From NCBI GenBank assembly GCA_976551045.1, contig CDPCPM010000391.1:930001-994000 (forward strand): a stretch of DNA of 64,000 bases. Reading direction: 5' to 3'. Each line of letters begins with the position of its first letter. Position 1 is the first letter of the stretch. Of this stretch, positions 63,733-64,000 are shown in pieces. Source of the DNA: Glaucostegus cemiculus (lineage: Eukaryota). The notes beneath the pieces are model-generated. The model worked only from the letters and a program-made list of their open reading frames with translations. It made no database searches and was not told where the DNA came from. The translations under genes were made by a program, and so were the position numbers.

Positions 63733-64000
63733 GTAAAGAACCCGACCGGAGGGGCCAGTCAGCAAAAGTTATTGGGTGGGAGGGGTGAGGCAAACATCTG
63801 GCAGTGACCAGGCAAGATATGCAGCTGTAATGTCCAATTATTGAAAAGTGTGACATGGATAGGATACTGAGTGATAACGGTGTTAATGTGCAATGGGAGA
63901 GCCGGTGCTTATGAAATGTTAAAGAACAGGACATCAGTGACATCATATGTCACGAGAACTCTGGAGATGAGAGTGGTATTTAACAGATAATCCAGCATTT

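Overview
This is vertebrate genomic DNA. The repeat content (V-SINE/HE1-type SINEs, CR1, Rex1/Babar, L1/Tx1, RTE and Penelope-like relics) points to a cartilaginous fish, which is an inference. Three intron-containing genes are supported: TMEM88B-like (- strand, first coding exon 25815-26090, second exon not found), ANKRD65-like (+ strand, 3 coding exons, 385 aa, 53571-57648), and the CpG-island promoter plus first two coding exons of MRPL20 (+ strand, from 62535). This matches the human 1p36.33 gene order. The rest is mostly transposon debris, tandem repeats, a 625-bp near-identical duplication and a 522-N gap. Main observations: (1) the MRPL20 intron-1 minisatellite has about 14 units each complementary to the adjacent 5' splice site; (2) many Penelope-type termini carry minimal type-I hammerhead ribozyme motifs, some as fold-back hairpins, one inside an ANKRD65 intron; (3) a ~99-unit 14-bp minisatellite has a RUNX consensus in each unit; (4) V-SINEs occur with two different LINE-type tails. 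Repeat family names come from motif recognition, not database searches, and their boundaries are approximate unless a TSD is given.
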